The notes under the pieces: generated by a model
Database searches by the model: none
The model's input: only the letters and a program-made list of their open reading frames with translations
What the model was told of the DNA's origin: nothing
Position numbers and translations under genes: made by a program
Shown here: positions 27,501 through 40,500 of the stretch, piece after piece
Position numbering within the stretch: position 1 is the first letter of the stretch
Layout of the letters: the number at the start of each line of letters is the position of its first letter
Source: a virus
Taxonomy: Duplodnaviria; Caudoviricetes
Length of the DNA: 64,000 bases
Direction: 5' to 3' (one strand)
Virus record (IMG/VR): IMGVR_UViG_3300018413_000007
Location: 14,364 to 78,363 of that record

Positions 27501-29968
27501 ATTATGCTGGCCGTGGTCAGATAACACCTCCTTACGATGCGAATTATGATACGACCACAACTCCTGCTCAGATAGTGATCGATAATTCTTTCCCCACGCA
27601 GGAAATCATTGATAACATTCAGGAATTCCAACCTCTAACGGATACAGAAGTTACTGTTTCTGGTGTAAATCCTGTTACAGGTGGAGGAGTAGAGACAACG
27701 ACAACTAGGTCCTTAGAGCTAGTAGGGGAAACTGTAACTACGACAGAACAATATGTTGGTGATTTTGTCACCAATATGGAATTTCAACCATTCATGTCAG
27801 GAAGGAATATTGCAATCTTCATGGTTGGCTTGAGACCAAATACGAGACATTATTTCTATTTCGATAAGGTCAACGTAGATGGTTCGGTTGCCCCTGGCAA
27901 TATAGATGCATTTAGTTCAGACGATGTTCGAAGAGCCGGATCTTTGGGTGATCCTGTCACCACAGATGCCGAAGGTGTTTTAAGAGCAGTATTTGCTTTA
28001 CCTGCCAATACCTTCTTTGTCGGTGATAGGGTATTAGAGATTGCAGACGTAGACGTATATGGTGACATCGAATCCTCTGGCACCTCTGGTGGTTTCGTGA
28101 CATATCATGCATATAATTTCTCTGTAGAGAAAACATCTCTGTCTACCACCACAACGACAAGAACTCCAGAATTTGAAATTCAGGAAACTACCTCTACGCG
28201 TAATCTCCCATCGAGGCCTGCTCCTATTATCGTACCAACGATTCCTATATTCCGACGTGGTGATCCTCTGGCACAGACATTCTTCATCAAGGCTGGTATG
28301 GGTCAGGGATCTGATGCCGTATATGTCTCTAAGGTCGATCTGTATTTTAAGAGAAAGAGTGCAACGAATGGTGTCACTGTAATGCTTCGAGAGGTATCTA
28401 ACGGATATCCTGCTCCAGAGATTTTGCCATTCTCAGAAATTCATCTACGATCAAGTCAGGTAAATGTATCAGATGATGCCTCTGTGGTAACGACAGTCAT
28501 ATTTGAGGCTCCTGTTCGATTAGATACAGAAAAAGAATATTGTGTGGTAGTAATGCCAGATGGTAACGATCCTGGTTACCTAATCTTCACTTCAAAGGTT
28601 GGTGGGGATGATCTGACCCCCGGCGCTACTCAGGGACAAGCAATTGTCCAAGACTGGGGAGACGGGGTTCTGTTTACATCTACCAATAACCGTGCTTGGA
28701 AATCCTATCAAGATGAGGATATCAAGTTTAAACTGTATCGCAATAATTTTGATCAGTCTACTGGAAGTGTTGTTCTCACTAATAATAATCACGAATTCTT
28801 TACGGTGGATTCGTTCACCGGAGCATTCAATCGTGGTGAGACAATTTATCAGCTAAAGAACACCTCTGGTTCAACAAGTGCAACTGTGAGCATCACAACC
28901 GGTACTAACACGATCACTGGTACTGCACTAGATGATACTTACGCCGGTGGTGATTTCATTTTGGTCAACGATACTGGTAACGGTATTATTGATATCTTCG
29001 AAATTGTCACGGTGGATACATCTACGAGCATGACTGTAGATCATACGGCAGGACACACATTCTCCAACAGTACTGCGAATCCTATCGTTAAAGGTGAATT
29101 GATTTATTATAACCCAAGAGATGTATTCAAGATGTACCTCGAAGGAAGTAATGCATCTGCGACCAGACAGTTTGATGTATCTGGCCAAATTGTAGGATTA
29201 GATTCACAGTCTACAGCAAACATCGTATCGATTGATAACGTTGAATTGAGCTATTTCATGCCATTCATCTCTCGAAGTAATGACAGTGTAACAAGTACTA
29301 CGATCACTGGTGAATTCACCGATCCTCTTAATGTGAATAATACGCATGTACAATCACTGAGATTCAATGATCGAAACGAATTCAATAAGACTGGATGTCT
29401 TGTATACAGTTTATCAAATGATCCAGGCAAGGGCAAGAAATTTGAAATCACGGTCAATATGGCCAACAGTGGCAATCAAACCTCTACTCCATTATTGGAT
29501 GTTGAGGTTTCGAAAATATTGGCTGGTCAATATCAGATATCTGAAACAGAAGATGAGGCTGGAGTCTATGTATCAAAGGTCTCCGAATTGGCCGAAGACT
29601 TTGATGCGGAAGATTTTGAAATGTATCTCACGGGTTATAGGCCTACTGGTACAGATATTAAGGTATATTTCCGAGGTCAAAATGTTTCTGATGTTTCTGC
29701 ATTCACCACATTGGACTGGGTTGAAATGGAATTGTTTGAAGGTGTAGGTCTATTTTCGAATACGGGCAACCTTCGTGACTTTAGAGAGTTTAGATATCGA
29801 ATACCTGCTTCTGCTAAGACTGGTGCCGGTGGTGAATATCAATATACAAGTGCAGATGGAGGAACCTTTGATACATTCAGGCGTTGGTCATTGAAGATAG
29901 TAATGACCTCAGACAGAAGGGGTTCTGTACCATTTGTCAAGGATTATAGAGGGATTGCACTCACATGA
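24545..29968 (+). CDS. Large virion structural protein (DUF4815 / VrlC-like)
   Basis: NLNTAPYFDDYD...YYRVLYKPG.AVQARELTQMQTMLQNQVE.FG..IFKEG, APGADRLK, RFKNGFIVD, DPLAQTF. Confidence 0.85.
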   Translation: MPINTNLNTAPYFDDYDLENQYYRVLYKPGFAVQARELTQMQTMLQNQVEQFGDNIFKEGSIVKGCNFTRINGLQFVKVDDLSNNVNVEAYISGRGTETINGIETEIDYVYVLTGGDTGLQAEIISAAQGFESRPPDLNTFFIRYLNQTTNNTTGQFNDGESLTITRYKYKVGELVPPEVNPIATDLLSITGLQASDGVLTPATGPAYGLQAAPGIIFQKGHFLFADAQTLVVTKYTDIPDAKNVGYRIRERLVNARQDGSLYDNANGSQNENAPGADRLKLIPELVSLDTPIAEADASFFSLVRYQNGNAVTLRDVSQYNVIGEEMARRTYEESGNYILRNFDLKTERKENLANTAITDLRVTVGSGTAYVKGFRVENKGEQSFILDDIASTDVLNNQPVSLNYGSWYPCTYSGRPVLGMSAKVNLRNSSNVDIGEAYVLNALPGKIFLSRIYMSSGTTTDVDNIEIPGFGQVDLTQGFFAKENSKSELVFDSGVMSSFETSDTTVAIRQQQLNVTLTGTQITIAATGNDNFAGSNSVSDVLVIDSSSTPLTVSSVTTQLNDSELVINVASAGTGVADVYYNINKNLTSSGPWGKQERTTFVKATANVPTKTRYTLGMPDCYEIVQILDSAGIDVTSSFRLVPNQKDTFYDWSYIEYISGRPVPTAGVMSIEFKCFQLNNSTGEYFFTINSYPQTLDSNEIPTFTASSGKRYNLRECFDFRPYANKEATISYTVPNAASAVVFDDPVGSNANETFSDYTPPLIPAYNGTCITDIEHYLSRVDLLIIDSYGATKLIKGEEERYAVPPRPEPDQLVIGEVTIPGVPALTMQEANTMGKRDYAVKAKQKGIKNYTMKDLHSLEKKIENMSYYISLNQLESDTANLNIKDENGNTRFKNGFIVDPMNDLGIADVKHPEFRSAIRHKAKILTPATTEFSMDLIYASGTNDQRFPSNALTKAVGLSKNSDIPIIEQPFATNTRNCVSNFYNYAGRGQITPPYDANYDTTTTPAQIVIDNSFPTQEIIDNIQEFQPLTDTEVTVSGVNPVTGGGVETTTTRSLELVGETVTTTEQYVGDFVTNMEFQPFMSGRNIAIFMVGLRPNTRHYFYFDKVNVDGSVAPGNIDAFSSDDVRRAGSLGDPVTTDAEGVLRAVFALPANTFFVGDRVLEIADVDVYGDIESSGTSGGFVTYHAYNFSVEKTSLSTTTTTRTPEFEIQETTSTRNLPSRPAPIIVPTIPIFRRGDPLAQTFFIKAGMGQGSDAVYVSKVDLYFKRKSATNGVTVMLREVSNGYPAPEILPFSEIHLRSSQVNVSDDASVVTTVIFEAPVRLDTEKEYCVVVMPDGNDPGYLIFTSKVGGDDLTPGATQGQAIVQDWGDGVLFTSTNNRAWKSYQDEDIKFKLYRNNFDQSTGSVVLTNNNHEFFTVDSFTGAFNRGETIYQLKNTSGSTSATVSITTGTNTITGTALDDTYAGGDFILVNDTGNGIIDIFEIVTVDTSTSMTVDHTAGHTFSNSTANPIVKGELIYYNPRDVFKMYLEGSNASATRQFDVSGQIVGLDSQSTANIVSIDNVELSYFMPFISRSNDSVTSTTITGEFTDPLNVNNTHVQSLRFNDRNEFNKTGCLVYSLSNDPGKGKKFEITVNMANSGNQTSTPLLDVEVSKILAGQYQISETEDEAGVYVSKVSELAEDFDAEDFEMYLTGYRPTGTDIKVYFRGQNVSDVSAFTTLDWVEMELFEGVGLFSNTGNLRDFREFRYRIPASAKTGAGGEYQYTSADGGTFDTFRRWSLKIVMTSDRRGSVPFVKDYRGIALT

Positions 29969-30156
29969 TGCAGAGATCACCTACCGGGAAAGCCATTCTT
30001 AATACCGACCGAGAAGCATTAAATAAATATAAAATGGAAAGGCTCTATCAACGAAAGGTTGATCAGCTTCATTCTGATATCGTAGAAATCAAACAATGCC
30101 TGCTCAATATCAGCGAAAGAATCGAAAAAATAGAATCGGACACGAATAATGGCTAA
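29965..30156 (+). CDS. Small coiled-coil protein, typical of the position downstream of DUF4815
   Basis: 63 aa, TGKAILNTD...IVEIKQCLL; overlaps both neighbours. Confidence 0.65.
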   Translation: MMQRSPTGKAILNTDREALNKYKMERLYQRKVDQLHSDIVEIKQCLLNISERIEKIESDTNNG

Positions 30157-31510
30157 GACAATAACTACTGTTAGTACCACTGATACCTTTCAGACATGGT
30201 TGAATAAAACCAATGAAATGGTAGGAATCTTTGCTGGAGACGCCATGACAGCATCTGGCAGTGGTGACTCGGCAACTGGTAATTCTACACTGGTTGGTGA
30301 TTTCACTGCAACAAACTTGATTGCTACTAACAAGTTATCGACTACCACGATTGGTAATACCGGTGCTGGTAATACGATTGCATTCACTGAACCGGTAAAT
30401 ATCTCTGGTCCAGATCAAATCGTAGCCACATTTACGTATTCTGGTTCTGGTGCACAGACACAATACACCAACGGCACACTATCTTGGGATGTAGGAATCA
30501 AGGATAGTGGTGGTGATTTCATCATGAATACTGGTGGAGGCACCGAAGAACTGGTATTGACCACTGCTGGTACATTGACGGTACCTAATTTGATTGTTTC
30601 TGAAGATATCGTGGTGACAGAAGATGTTACTGCTAACAATGGTATCTTCAATAATGTTACGATTAATGGTTCATTGGGTGGTTTGACTACCGCTGACGTC
30701 AGTGAAGATCCTAGTGCAGCATACGATTCTGGAACACAATATTTTACCAGAGCAAGAGTTGCTTCATCACTTTCGGCTGGTAGTAATATCACCATATCAG
30801 AAATTTCTAATGGTGTTCAAGAAATCTCGGCAACTGTAAACCTCTCTGGTTACGCACAAGAAAATACAGCTGTATCTTTTTCTAGTGTAACATCTACCGG
30901 TAATATTACAGCAGACTCTGGGGTTGTCCGTGCCAATGAATTTTTGGTTGATGGTGCGTATGCTGACACTAACAATCATTTTAGAATATATGGCAGTGGT
31001 TCAGCCTCTACACCAACTATTAATTGGGCATTAAAGCAAAGTGGTACATCAACTAGAAAAATGTACCTTGCCGCTAATTTGAATGTTGAATGTGACGAAT
31101 ATCTATATGGTAATCTTCGTGTATATAATGCAACCGATCCCACTATTCGCCTATACGAAACTGGCGAAATTGTCGCTGAAGGTGATATCACGGCATTCGG
31201 TAATGCATCAGATATTAATTTAAAAGAAAATATCGAGGTCATTCCAAATGCTCTCGAAAAGGTTTCTCAACTCAGGGGTGTCACATTTAACTACAAGGAC
31301 GACCCCGATTATAGAACCACTGGTCTCATAGCTCAGGAAGTTGAGAAGGTCTTACCTGGTGTTGTTTACGATGCATCTCATATAGAAGATGACGGAGAGA
31401 CATATAAAGCACTTCGATATGGAAATACGGTTGGTCTTCTTGTAGAGGCCATCAAAGAATTACAAGACAGGATTGTGGAATTAGAAAAACGTTGCAACTG
31501 CGACGGATAA
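30149..31510 (+). CDS. Tail fibre with C-terminal intramolecular chaperone (peptidase S74)
   Basis: N-terminal TDTF.TW..KTNE; C-terminal SDINLKENIEVIPNALEKVSQLRGVTFNYK...GLIAQEVEKVLP...LLVEAIKEL. Confidence 0.85.
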   Translation: MAKTITTVSTTDTFQTWLNKTNEMVGIFAGDAMTASGSGDSATGNSTLVGDFTATNLIATNKLSTTTIGNTGAGNTIAFTEPVNISGPDQIVATFTYSGSGAQTQYTNGTLSWDVGIKDSGGDFIMNTGGGTEELVLTTAGTLTVPNLIVSEDIVVTEDVTANNGIFNNVTINGSLGGLTTADVSEDPSAAYDSGTQYFTRARVASSLSAGSNITISEISNGVQEISATVNLSGYAQENTAVSFSSVTSTGNITADSGVVRANEFLVDGAYADTNNHFRIYGSGSASTPTINWALKQSGTSTRKMYLAANLNVECDEYLYGNLRVYNATDPTIRLYETGEIVAEGDITAFGNASDINLKENIEVIPNALEKVSQLRGVTFNYKDDPDYRTTGLIAQEVEKVLPGVVYDASHIEDDGETYKALRYGNTVGLLVEAIKELQDRIVELEKRCNCDG

Positions 31511-31542
31511 TCTTAGTTATATTATATTTTGATTGTTGATCT

Positions 31543-31550
31543 TATAAATA
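31543..31550 (+). promoter_or_regulatory. T4 late promoter TATAAATA for the 4177-aa gene
   Basis: Exact consensus in an AT-rich gap. Confidence 0.85.
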
Positions 31551-31573
31551 CAAAATAAAAAGGTAAAGGCTTC

Positions 31574-34500
31574 ATGGCTAAGATTTCAGAGTTAGGTTCG
31601 ATCACTGGTGCCAATACCCGTAGTGAAGACCTCTTCGTCATCGTCAACCTTATCCAAGGTGATGACGGCACCAAAAATATTACCCGTAAAGAGCTCGTAG
31701 AAGCAATTCAGTACGAGATCTTCTCACGCATCAGAATTACTGGTGGTCAGATTTCTGGTGTCACAATCTTTGACTCTCTTATCCGTAACGTAACCATCAC
31801 TGATTCCATAATGGAAGACAGTATCATTCGACGATCTACTTTCAGAGATGGTACCCTTCAAGATTCTGTTGCTCTTCGCTTAGATATCCGCGACTCCACC
31901 TTTACTGATGGTGAGATCACCGATTCTACTGCTGATAACGTAGCCATTACAGATTCTACATTTACCGATGGAGCCATATTTGATTCTACCGGTAATAATA
32001 TGATCATCACGAACTCTGAGTTCAACGATGGCACCGGTAATAATGTCACCCTAACAAATTCTGTCATCGATCAGTCTCTATTCTCAAATGGAGATATCGA
32101 AGATTCTAATGCCAATAATCTTGTTATAACAAATTCGACATTTATCGATGGGGCTATATTTGATTCCGTAGCAAATAATGTCGACATTAGCGCGTCTACC
32201 TTCACTGATGGCGCGATATTCGATTCTACTGCGAATAATGTAACGATTACACAATCGTTGTTCACAGACGGTGATATCACTGATTCGAATGCAAACAATA
32301 TTGTCATTACTCAGTCTGAGTTCTTAAATGGAAATCTTGCAGACAGTACTGCCAATAACCTGTCTATCGGGTTCAGTACCTTTACTGATGGAACAATTGA
32401 ATATTCAGAAATTCTCGAATCCTCATTTACTCTTGGCGAGATTTCAGATTCTACTGCCACTGATATCATTATGGATAACAGTGTCATATTCAATTCAACT
32501 GGTAACAACAACATTTTCTCAGAATCTGCTCTTGTTAATAGCACGGTTAATACCTCTATTATCACACAGTCTGAGTTCAATGATGGTACTGCCAATAATG
32601 TTGTATTCTCGCAAGGTGAATTGCTAAATTCAACTGGTGATAACCTAGATATCGATAACTCAGACTTCTCTAATGGCACTGGTTCGAATAACCTATTCAC
32701 CAGTACTACGTTAGATGATTCACTGATCACCAATTCGACAATCTTAACAACTGATTTCAGAGAAGGCACGATATCTGAGACCACCTTGACCAACACGGTG
32801 ATCTTAGATTCTGATATGCAAGATTCAACCATTGAGACATCATTCTTTGCGAATGGTACTGTCGATGACTCATTGGTGACAAACGCTCGATTCATCGAAG
32901 GTGAGCTTGAAGACTTCGAGATGGATCTGAAAGAGGTATTCGATCCTAATATCCACGAAGAGTCTTGGTTCGCATTAAAGAATTTCCAGACCGGAAAAAC
33001 AGAAAAGATCACGTATAAGCAATTCTACGATGAATTGGCCAAATCAGTATCTCAGGCATTAAAGATTCACGTTGATGTCTCTCACGGCCGTGATGAGTGG
33101 CCCGGATCTATGCTCCAGCCTGTTAAATCACTTGAAAGAGCTTGTGAATTGGCCCTCGAAAAGGCAGGTGGCAAGTTTGATCGTAACGATGTCAATAACG
33201 CCGTACATATTTCTGTTGGCCCAGGAACATATTACACCAAGGGTAACCTTGCCATTCCAGATGATTGTTCCGCAACATCTACGTCAGGACAATACGCCAC
33301 TGTAATCGAGGCATTACCCGGGTACGAAAACAATAACTGTTGGTTGGTAGGTTCCGGCTGTTACCTACAAGGTTTCTCATACACTAATTGGAAGGTCGAC
33401 AACTTCGATTTCCCAGAAGGTGGTTTCGCTGTTGCTTATCGACCAGGTGCCAAACTCCGACGTTCACCTTATTTGAGGGATTCATCTCAGCTCTCTAACT
33501 TCTTACGTGCTGATGTTGAACCACCCCTCAACCCATTCAACACCAAGGGAACAATTGCTGACCTTGGTCGACAGATCATTTTAGAGCCTGGCTATTCTGG
33601 TCAATGGTTATTCGGTGATAAGGTAACCTTCTCTAGTGGTGCTGTAGGTTTCTTGTCATGGGATGATGCTGCAGATGCTGCTCTTGAGATACCGGTAATA
33701 CCAGGTGATCTTGTTACTCAAAGAAAGATTTACGTACGTAACCTGAAAAATGGTGAAGGATTCAATGTTGGCGATACTGTCATTTCTGAATCCGGTGGTG
33801 TTGGTATCGTAGAAAGTATAGGTATAGATGACTTCCCGAATCCACTCGTGGGACGAGGTGGGGGATGTCTTCTTGCCGACCGACGAGTTCTCGATAAAGA
33901 CTCTCTGTATACGTATGTTCTCTGCTTCGGTTTCACACCTAGAACCCAGAATGGTATCGGATATGTTGCCCGAGATGGTGCCGGTGTCAACGGAATTGGT
34001 TCGCTGTCGATCTTCACACGTTGTGCGTTCTATGCATTGAACGGTGGTCAGGTGACATTGAATAACTCAGGTTCTCAGTTCGGTGATATATCGATGAGAG
34101 CCAAGGGTACTGCCACATTCTATCAACCAAGGCAACCTACCGGCACGATATTCCAAAATACAGCATTCGGTGATACGTTAGTTGCAGAATCGAATAATAT
34201 CGTTCAAGATATGATCGACCATCTTACCACTCCAATCAGTGATGGAGGATTAGGTTATGAGGTTTATGATTCTCAAAAATGTGAAAGAGATTCCGGCATT
34301 ATACTCGACGGAGTGGGTTTGGATATCGCTACCGATTCTAACTACTGGGGAAGATTGGCTGGTATCACATATCGAAGCCCAATTTCTTATGTCGTCATTA
34401 ATGACCAACAAGAAGAGACAGCAGGAGCAATCCGATATCTTCAGGACCGAGTAGAGGCGATCTTCCAATCAAATGATCCAACGATTAATACTCGAGCAAA

Positions 34501-37500
34501 TACATCATTTGATGCGACACTCAATATTTTGGAGAATGGAGAGTCATATGCTGATCCTCTAACCTTTGCTGATACAGGTGTCGATGAACAAACTCAGGCA
34601 AGAGAAATACTGCAAGATAACAAAGAGCTCATCATCGAAAACTTTGTCGATTGGATTGACAATAATGACGAATTCTTTGCCTATAACAGCAAGAAGTGCC
34701 GTAGGGATACAGAGGACTATATTTTACCAGCAGTTAAATATGATGCTCAGTTAGACACCAATTATAACTCGATTACGGCTGGTAACGCATATTACATGGC
34801 GACAGCCAGAAAGGTTGTTGAGAAGCAACGAGAAGAGACAATAGGTGCCTATAAGCATCTGAAAGATCAAACAAATGAATTGATCGATTCTCTCGGTTAT
34901 CTTGGTGCATCTCGTGTAGATGCTGCCTTCGACAACATCTTAGATATCCTCGAAAGAACTGGTCGCCAATATACAGCTACCTTCGCGACATATGATACGG
35001 TCGCCGGCACATTTACGATTACCATAGAAGATCACGACCTGACTGTTGGAACAAGCATTCTGTTAGAAGAAGAGAGCTTCGTATTCCGATGTGGATCTGA
35101 TAATTATATTGCTGAGATCTCTCACCCAAGGGCAACAGATCCGGCATTCAATAAGCCGTTGCCAATTCTTTCAACTACTCAAGACACGATCACAGTTCAT
35201 GTGGGTGCTTCTACGGAGACCTCAGATCACATCTATATTCGATCAAACGTCAATTCAATATCTGTGGTACCAAATGCTATCACGTTTAGTGATGACGCTG
35301 GTATCTCGGTAGATAGAAGAAATGCAAGAAAGCAACTTCAGGCAAACAAAGAATATATCCAAGATCATATTGTTGGATGGATTAACGACGCATTCTTTGT
35401 CTATGATGACATCAAGTGTGCACGAGATACAAATCTCTACATCCTTCCTGCAATCGAACGAGATCTTGCTTTAGGAACGAATTTTAATTCTGTTCAGGCA
35501 GGGATTGCATATTATCAGGGCATTTCAACCAAGGTCATAAACGACCAATTAGAGCCCACGGTTGGCGCATGGGGTTATGTCAAGAATCAGGTGGCTGCAG
35601 CGATTAGTGGCCAACCTTCTCTGACGAGAACAGATGCCGCGGCTGACGAGATCATCGATATTATCAACAACGGTTTAGACAATGTCGATACAATTGTTTG
35701 GTCAGATCCTGCATCTAATTTAGAATATCTCACACCGTCAACTGCTACGTATGACCCAGTCACGGGCGACAGTACACTTACTGTTACAAACCATGGTCTG
35801 ACGACAGACGATTGGGTAATCTTTGCTCCATATTCATTTACCTTCACGTGTGACCTAGACGGAAATGCTACACAGCATTCATATCCTCGTGTTGGTGATG
35901 CGAATTATAATACTCCAATGCAGGTAACGTCGGTACCGACTGCCGATACTTTCGTTGTTAATGCTGGTGTAGGTGCTGGTGGTAATCATACGTTTGTATC
36001 TGTCACGCCAAATGCTGTGACCAAGGTAACAACAAATTCTCAAGGTCAATACGCCAGACAAACGATTCAGGCAAACAAGGCCTTCATGCAACAAGATGTG
36101 ATTTCATATCTTAATGCAAATTATTTCACCTTCGACGGTGAGAAGTGTTCACGAGATACTGGACTTATCCTCGATGCTGTCAAACGAGATATTGTATCTG
36201 GTTCTAACTATCATGCGGTCTACACTGGCCTTGCCTATCGCTCTGGAGCCTTAGGTACCGAAACTGTAATTACAGATCAATTAGTTCAAACCACCTCAGC
36301 AATTAATTATCTGAAGAGTGAAATTGGTGCTGGTTTATCAGGTGCCGAACTGACAAGATCTAATACGGCATTCGACGAGATCATTGATATTCTCAATAAT
36401 GGAACTGGAAATGCCGATCCTTATAATTTTGGAACCAATTCCGTAAGTGCCAATGCTCTTAATGCTAGAGTAATCTTACAGTTGAATAGGGCATTCTTGA
36501 TTGCAGAGGCAACTGCCTATGTTGCAGCCACATATCCAGACCTAGAATATGATGTTGCTAAGTGTGAAAGAGATACTGGATTCCTTATTGATGCTGCATC
36601 TTGGGATATCCAACATGGATCTAATGTTGCTTCCGGTAATAATGCTAAATTCTATTTCGATCATGCTGTATCACAATTAGGTGCGGATGAGGTTATTCCT
36701 ACTGCTAATACATTTGCCCATTTGGCTGAGATTGCATTCCAGATCGTAAGAGATCGATTGGTTGTACCGACCACGGGTAATGCTGAGGTTCAGGACCAAT
36801 CACAACCAGATTTAGGTTTGACCCTGGCAAGTCAGGTTCGTAATTTGATGAATATCACTGCTACTGCAATCGGTGATAGCCGTGATCTTCTTGTACCAGA
36901 AGCTGTTGAGCCTGTCGTAGAGACTGGTTATTCTGATGCCCTAGTATGGATCAATGGTCAGAGAGCACGACTCCAAGACGATGTGATTGATGTTCACCTG
37001 ATACCAACATTCAATGGATTGCCATACAAGCAAGATAAGTGCTACCGAGATGTTGGTCTTATTTTGGATGCTGTGTCTAAGGATATCGAATACGGTGGAA
37101 ACGCATCTACAATCGAGGCAATTAATTACTATTTCGAAGGTGCTCTTGGTGTCGATCTTAAAGATGGTGAGCCTATTATCAATCAGGTCAACATCTTACC
37201 ACTAGAGCAAAGAGTACCGACCAAACTTGCCTTCCAACACCTTGCTGATATTGCTGATGACATAGTTAGAAATGTAGCAGTATCTCCTCAAGGCGGAAAC
37301 AGTATTGTCCAAGACACTTCTGGTAACGCAGTAAATGTAGCCACGGGCACTTCAGTACATGATTTGATCGATACACTTGCCGTACAATTGGCAGTATTTG
37401 AAAATCCTGTCACCCCGACTCTTGTAAGACCAGTTGCCGATCCAAACCAAACTATTGCTCGTCAACACTTGCAAGCAAATAAGGCGTTTATCCAGCAAGA

Positions 37501-40500
37501 GGTGATTAGCTACCTCGACGATAGATATTTCACATACAACAATGTGAACTGTTCGGGTGATACTGGTACATTAATGGATGCTGTTAAGCGTGATGTCTTG
37601 ACAGGATCTAATTTCAATTCTATATTCAATGGTCTTGCATATCGTGCTGGAACAGTATCCGCTGACTTGGTTGTCAGTGATCAGTTAACTGAGACCGTTG
37701 GAGCCATAAACTACATCAAGCAACAAACGGCACTCAGAGTAGAAGATACCACGGCCAAGGCTAGGGTAGATGCAGGTTTCAATGAAATCATTGATATCAT
37801 GACGAATGGTGCTCCTTCGGCTGATGTGATTGTATGGGGCGATAATGCTCTTAATGCAAATCGACTTCTCGGCCGTCAAAAGATTCAAGCCAATAAGGCG
37901 TTCTTGCAAAAAGAAATCACGGCATTCCTTGAAGACCGATATTTCACCTATGATCTGGCCAAGTGTGAAAGAGACACTGGGTACATCATTGATTCGACAA
38001 CATTAGACATCCAGTTAGGAACCAACTTCAACTCAGTACAGGCTGGATTGGCATACTACAATGCTACTGCTGCCTCTACGATTGCAAATGAAAGAGCTCA
38101 AACAGTAGCTGCATTTAGAAGACTGTCTGACGAGATTGAGACCATCGGTATCGATGCAGGTGTTGCTGGTGCCACGGTAACGAATAGTCTGAATGCTAGT
38201 ATCGAGGTTGTTGCTAACATCATCGAAGATGCAAACACTGCTCCTTCTCTTACTTGGTCCAACCCAGGTATCGTTGCAGAAAGAACATACGCAAGAGAGC
38301 AATTGCAGATCAACAGGGATTTCATCATCGCTGAGGTGATCGCTTATATTACTGAGGAATTACCTAATTATGATGTCGCGACATGTCAAAGAGACATCGG
38401 TTATATCCTCGATGCTGTAAGACGTGATCTTATTTTGAACACGACACATAATACGATTACTGCGGGTGACGCATATCTTCGAACAGGATCAGCATACGTA
38501 TTATCAGATCAGAAAGAATATACAATCGCTGGTGTTGAACGTGCCAGGGAACAGGTCAAGGCATTAGGTCTTGCCACTGCTGATGCAACAATCGACACAC
38601 TTTTCGAAAGGGTAATTGATGTATTAGATGGCACTGTCACTACATATACTGTTCCATCTTATCCGTTGACTGGAAGTGGTTCATATCAGACAACCGAACG
38701 AAACACTGCCAAGAATCAGATCCAAAACAACAGGGCTGCCATTCAACAGTCTGTGGTGGATTATATCGGTGAGCAATTCCCAGAACTGGTCTACGACGTT
38801 GCTGATTGCTTCAGAGATTCCGGTTACATTCTTGATGCTGTTTCTCATGACGTTCTATACGGCGGTAACAGTGCCTCAATCAGAGCTGCAGATGCATATT
38901 TTGTAGGTGCGGCTTCTCAATTAGGGCCCGAAGAGGTTGCTCCTACAATTCAGGCATTCTCTTTCCTCAAGGGTAAAGTAAACGAATTCGTAACCACAAC
39001 ACCAGAAAGACTCCGTGTGGTTGAATTGATAGACATCATCATTGATGTTCTTGCTGCTGGAACAACTGCCGGATTACCTGCTGTTGTTGAACCAGATCTC
39101 ACTGGCCTTAATACGGCAGATCATGATGCAATTCAGACTGCACAGACCTTGATAGAACAAGATGTAACAGATTACATCACTGCCACGTATCCAATATATG
39201 ACCAGGCTAAGTGCGAGAGAGACACGGGTTATATCATCGATGCTATTTCTCACGATCTCCAATATGCTGGTAACAGGGCCACACTTGCAGCCGCAAATAT
39301 TTACTTTGAAGATGGAATTAATGTACTGCCTTCATTGCAACGCGCTGACACAGAAGATGCCTATGTCCATATGTCATCAGTCATGCAGGATATCGTTGTC
39401 GAGACGGTGGTAACACCTACCACGGGTAACGCAGAAACTCAAGATGTTTCTGGTAATGCTGCATCTGCCACAGAGGCTACCACGGTTTCGGAATTAATGG
39501 AAATCATCATTGATGCACTGACTGCAGCCACAATCTCAGAAGCCAATATCCCTGCAAGGGTAGAGCCAGATCTGTCCTTTGTTGCTACTGATATCCAGAC
39601 CTGGGCATCCAATACGGTAAGTGCAACTGCTACACTGAAATCTGCAGTGACCGATTTCTTGAATAGAGACTACGATAATGAGGTCTGCGAACGAGACCTT
39701 GATTACATCATCGATGGTATTCGAAGAGACCTACTCACAGGATCTAATTACAATTCTGTCACGAACGGTGAGGCGTATCTCAGATCAACATCAGAATATT
39801 TGCTTGGCAATCAATCCGAGGCAACGGCTGCGGTAATTCAATATGCGGTTGATCAGATCAAGGGCTTGGGTAGTGTCACATCAGATGCCACTGTACAGTC
39901 ATTGGCAGATATCGTCATCGATATTCTCGATGGTTCTGCTACTACAACACCTGCCGTTACATATCCGAGCAACGGTTCTGCCACATATCAGACTGCTCAA
40001 AGGGTTGCGGCTAGTACAGCAATTCAGGCCAATAAGGCAACAATTATTTCTGATATACAGGATTTCATTCAGGCAAATTATCCTAATATCTACTACGATA
40101 ATGCTAAGTGTACACGAGATCTTGGGTATATCATCGATTCTGTACGCAGAGATTTGATTTTAGGAACCAATCATAATACTGTCACGTCTGCAAATGCATA
40201 TCTCAGAACATCTAGTGGATATCCTGCCAATGGACAGTCTACAGCAACAATAGCAGCAATCGAATTCGCGAGAGATAAACTCACAAGATTGCCGGCTGTA
40301 GAAAGTATCGGTGAAATCAACGATCTGTTTGATCGTGTCATTGATGTATTGAATGGTTCTGTTACCACATTCGAACCTTCAACATTCCCAACGACAGAAG
40401 GCGCAGATTATCAGACAGATGATCGAGTAGAGGCTGTATCATTAATCCAAGGCAATAAACAACAGTTTGCCATAGAATTGACTACTTGGATTGCAGATCA

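Noticed and set aside
31858-33012. Antisense ORFs over the pentapeptide-like region
   Set aside because: Same repeat-driven stop depletion; no RBS or independent features.
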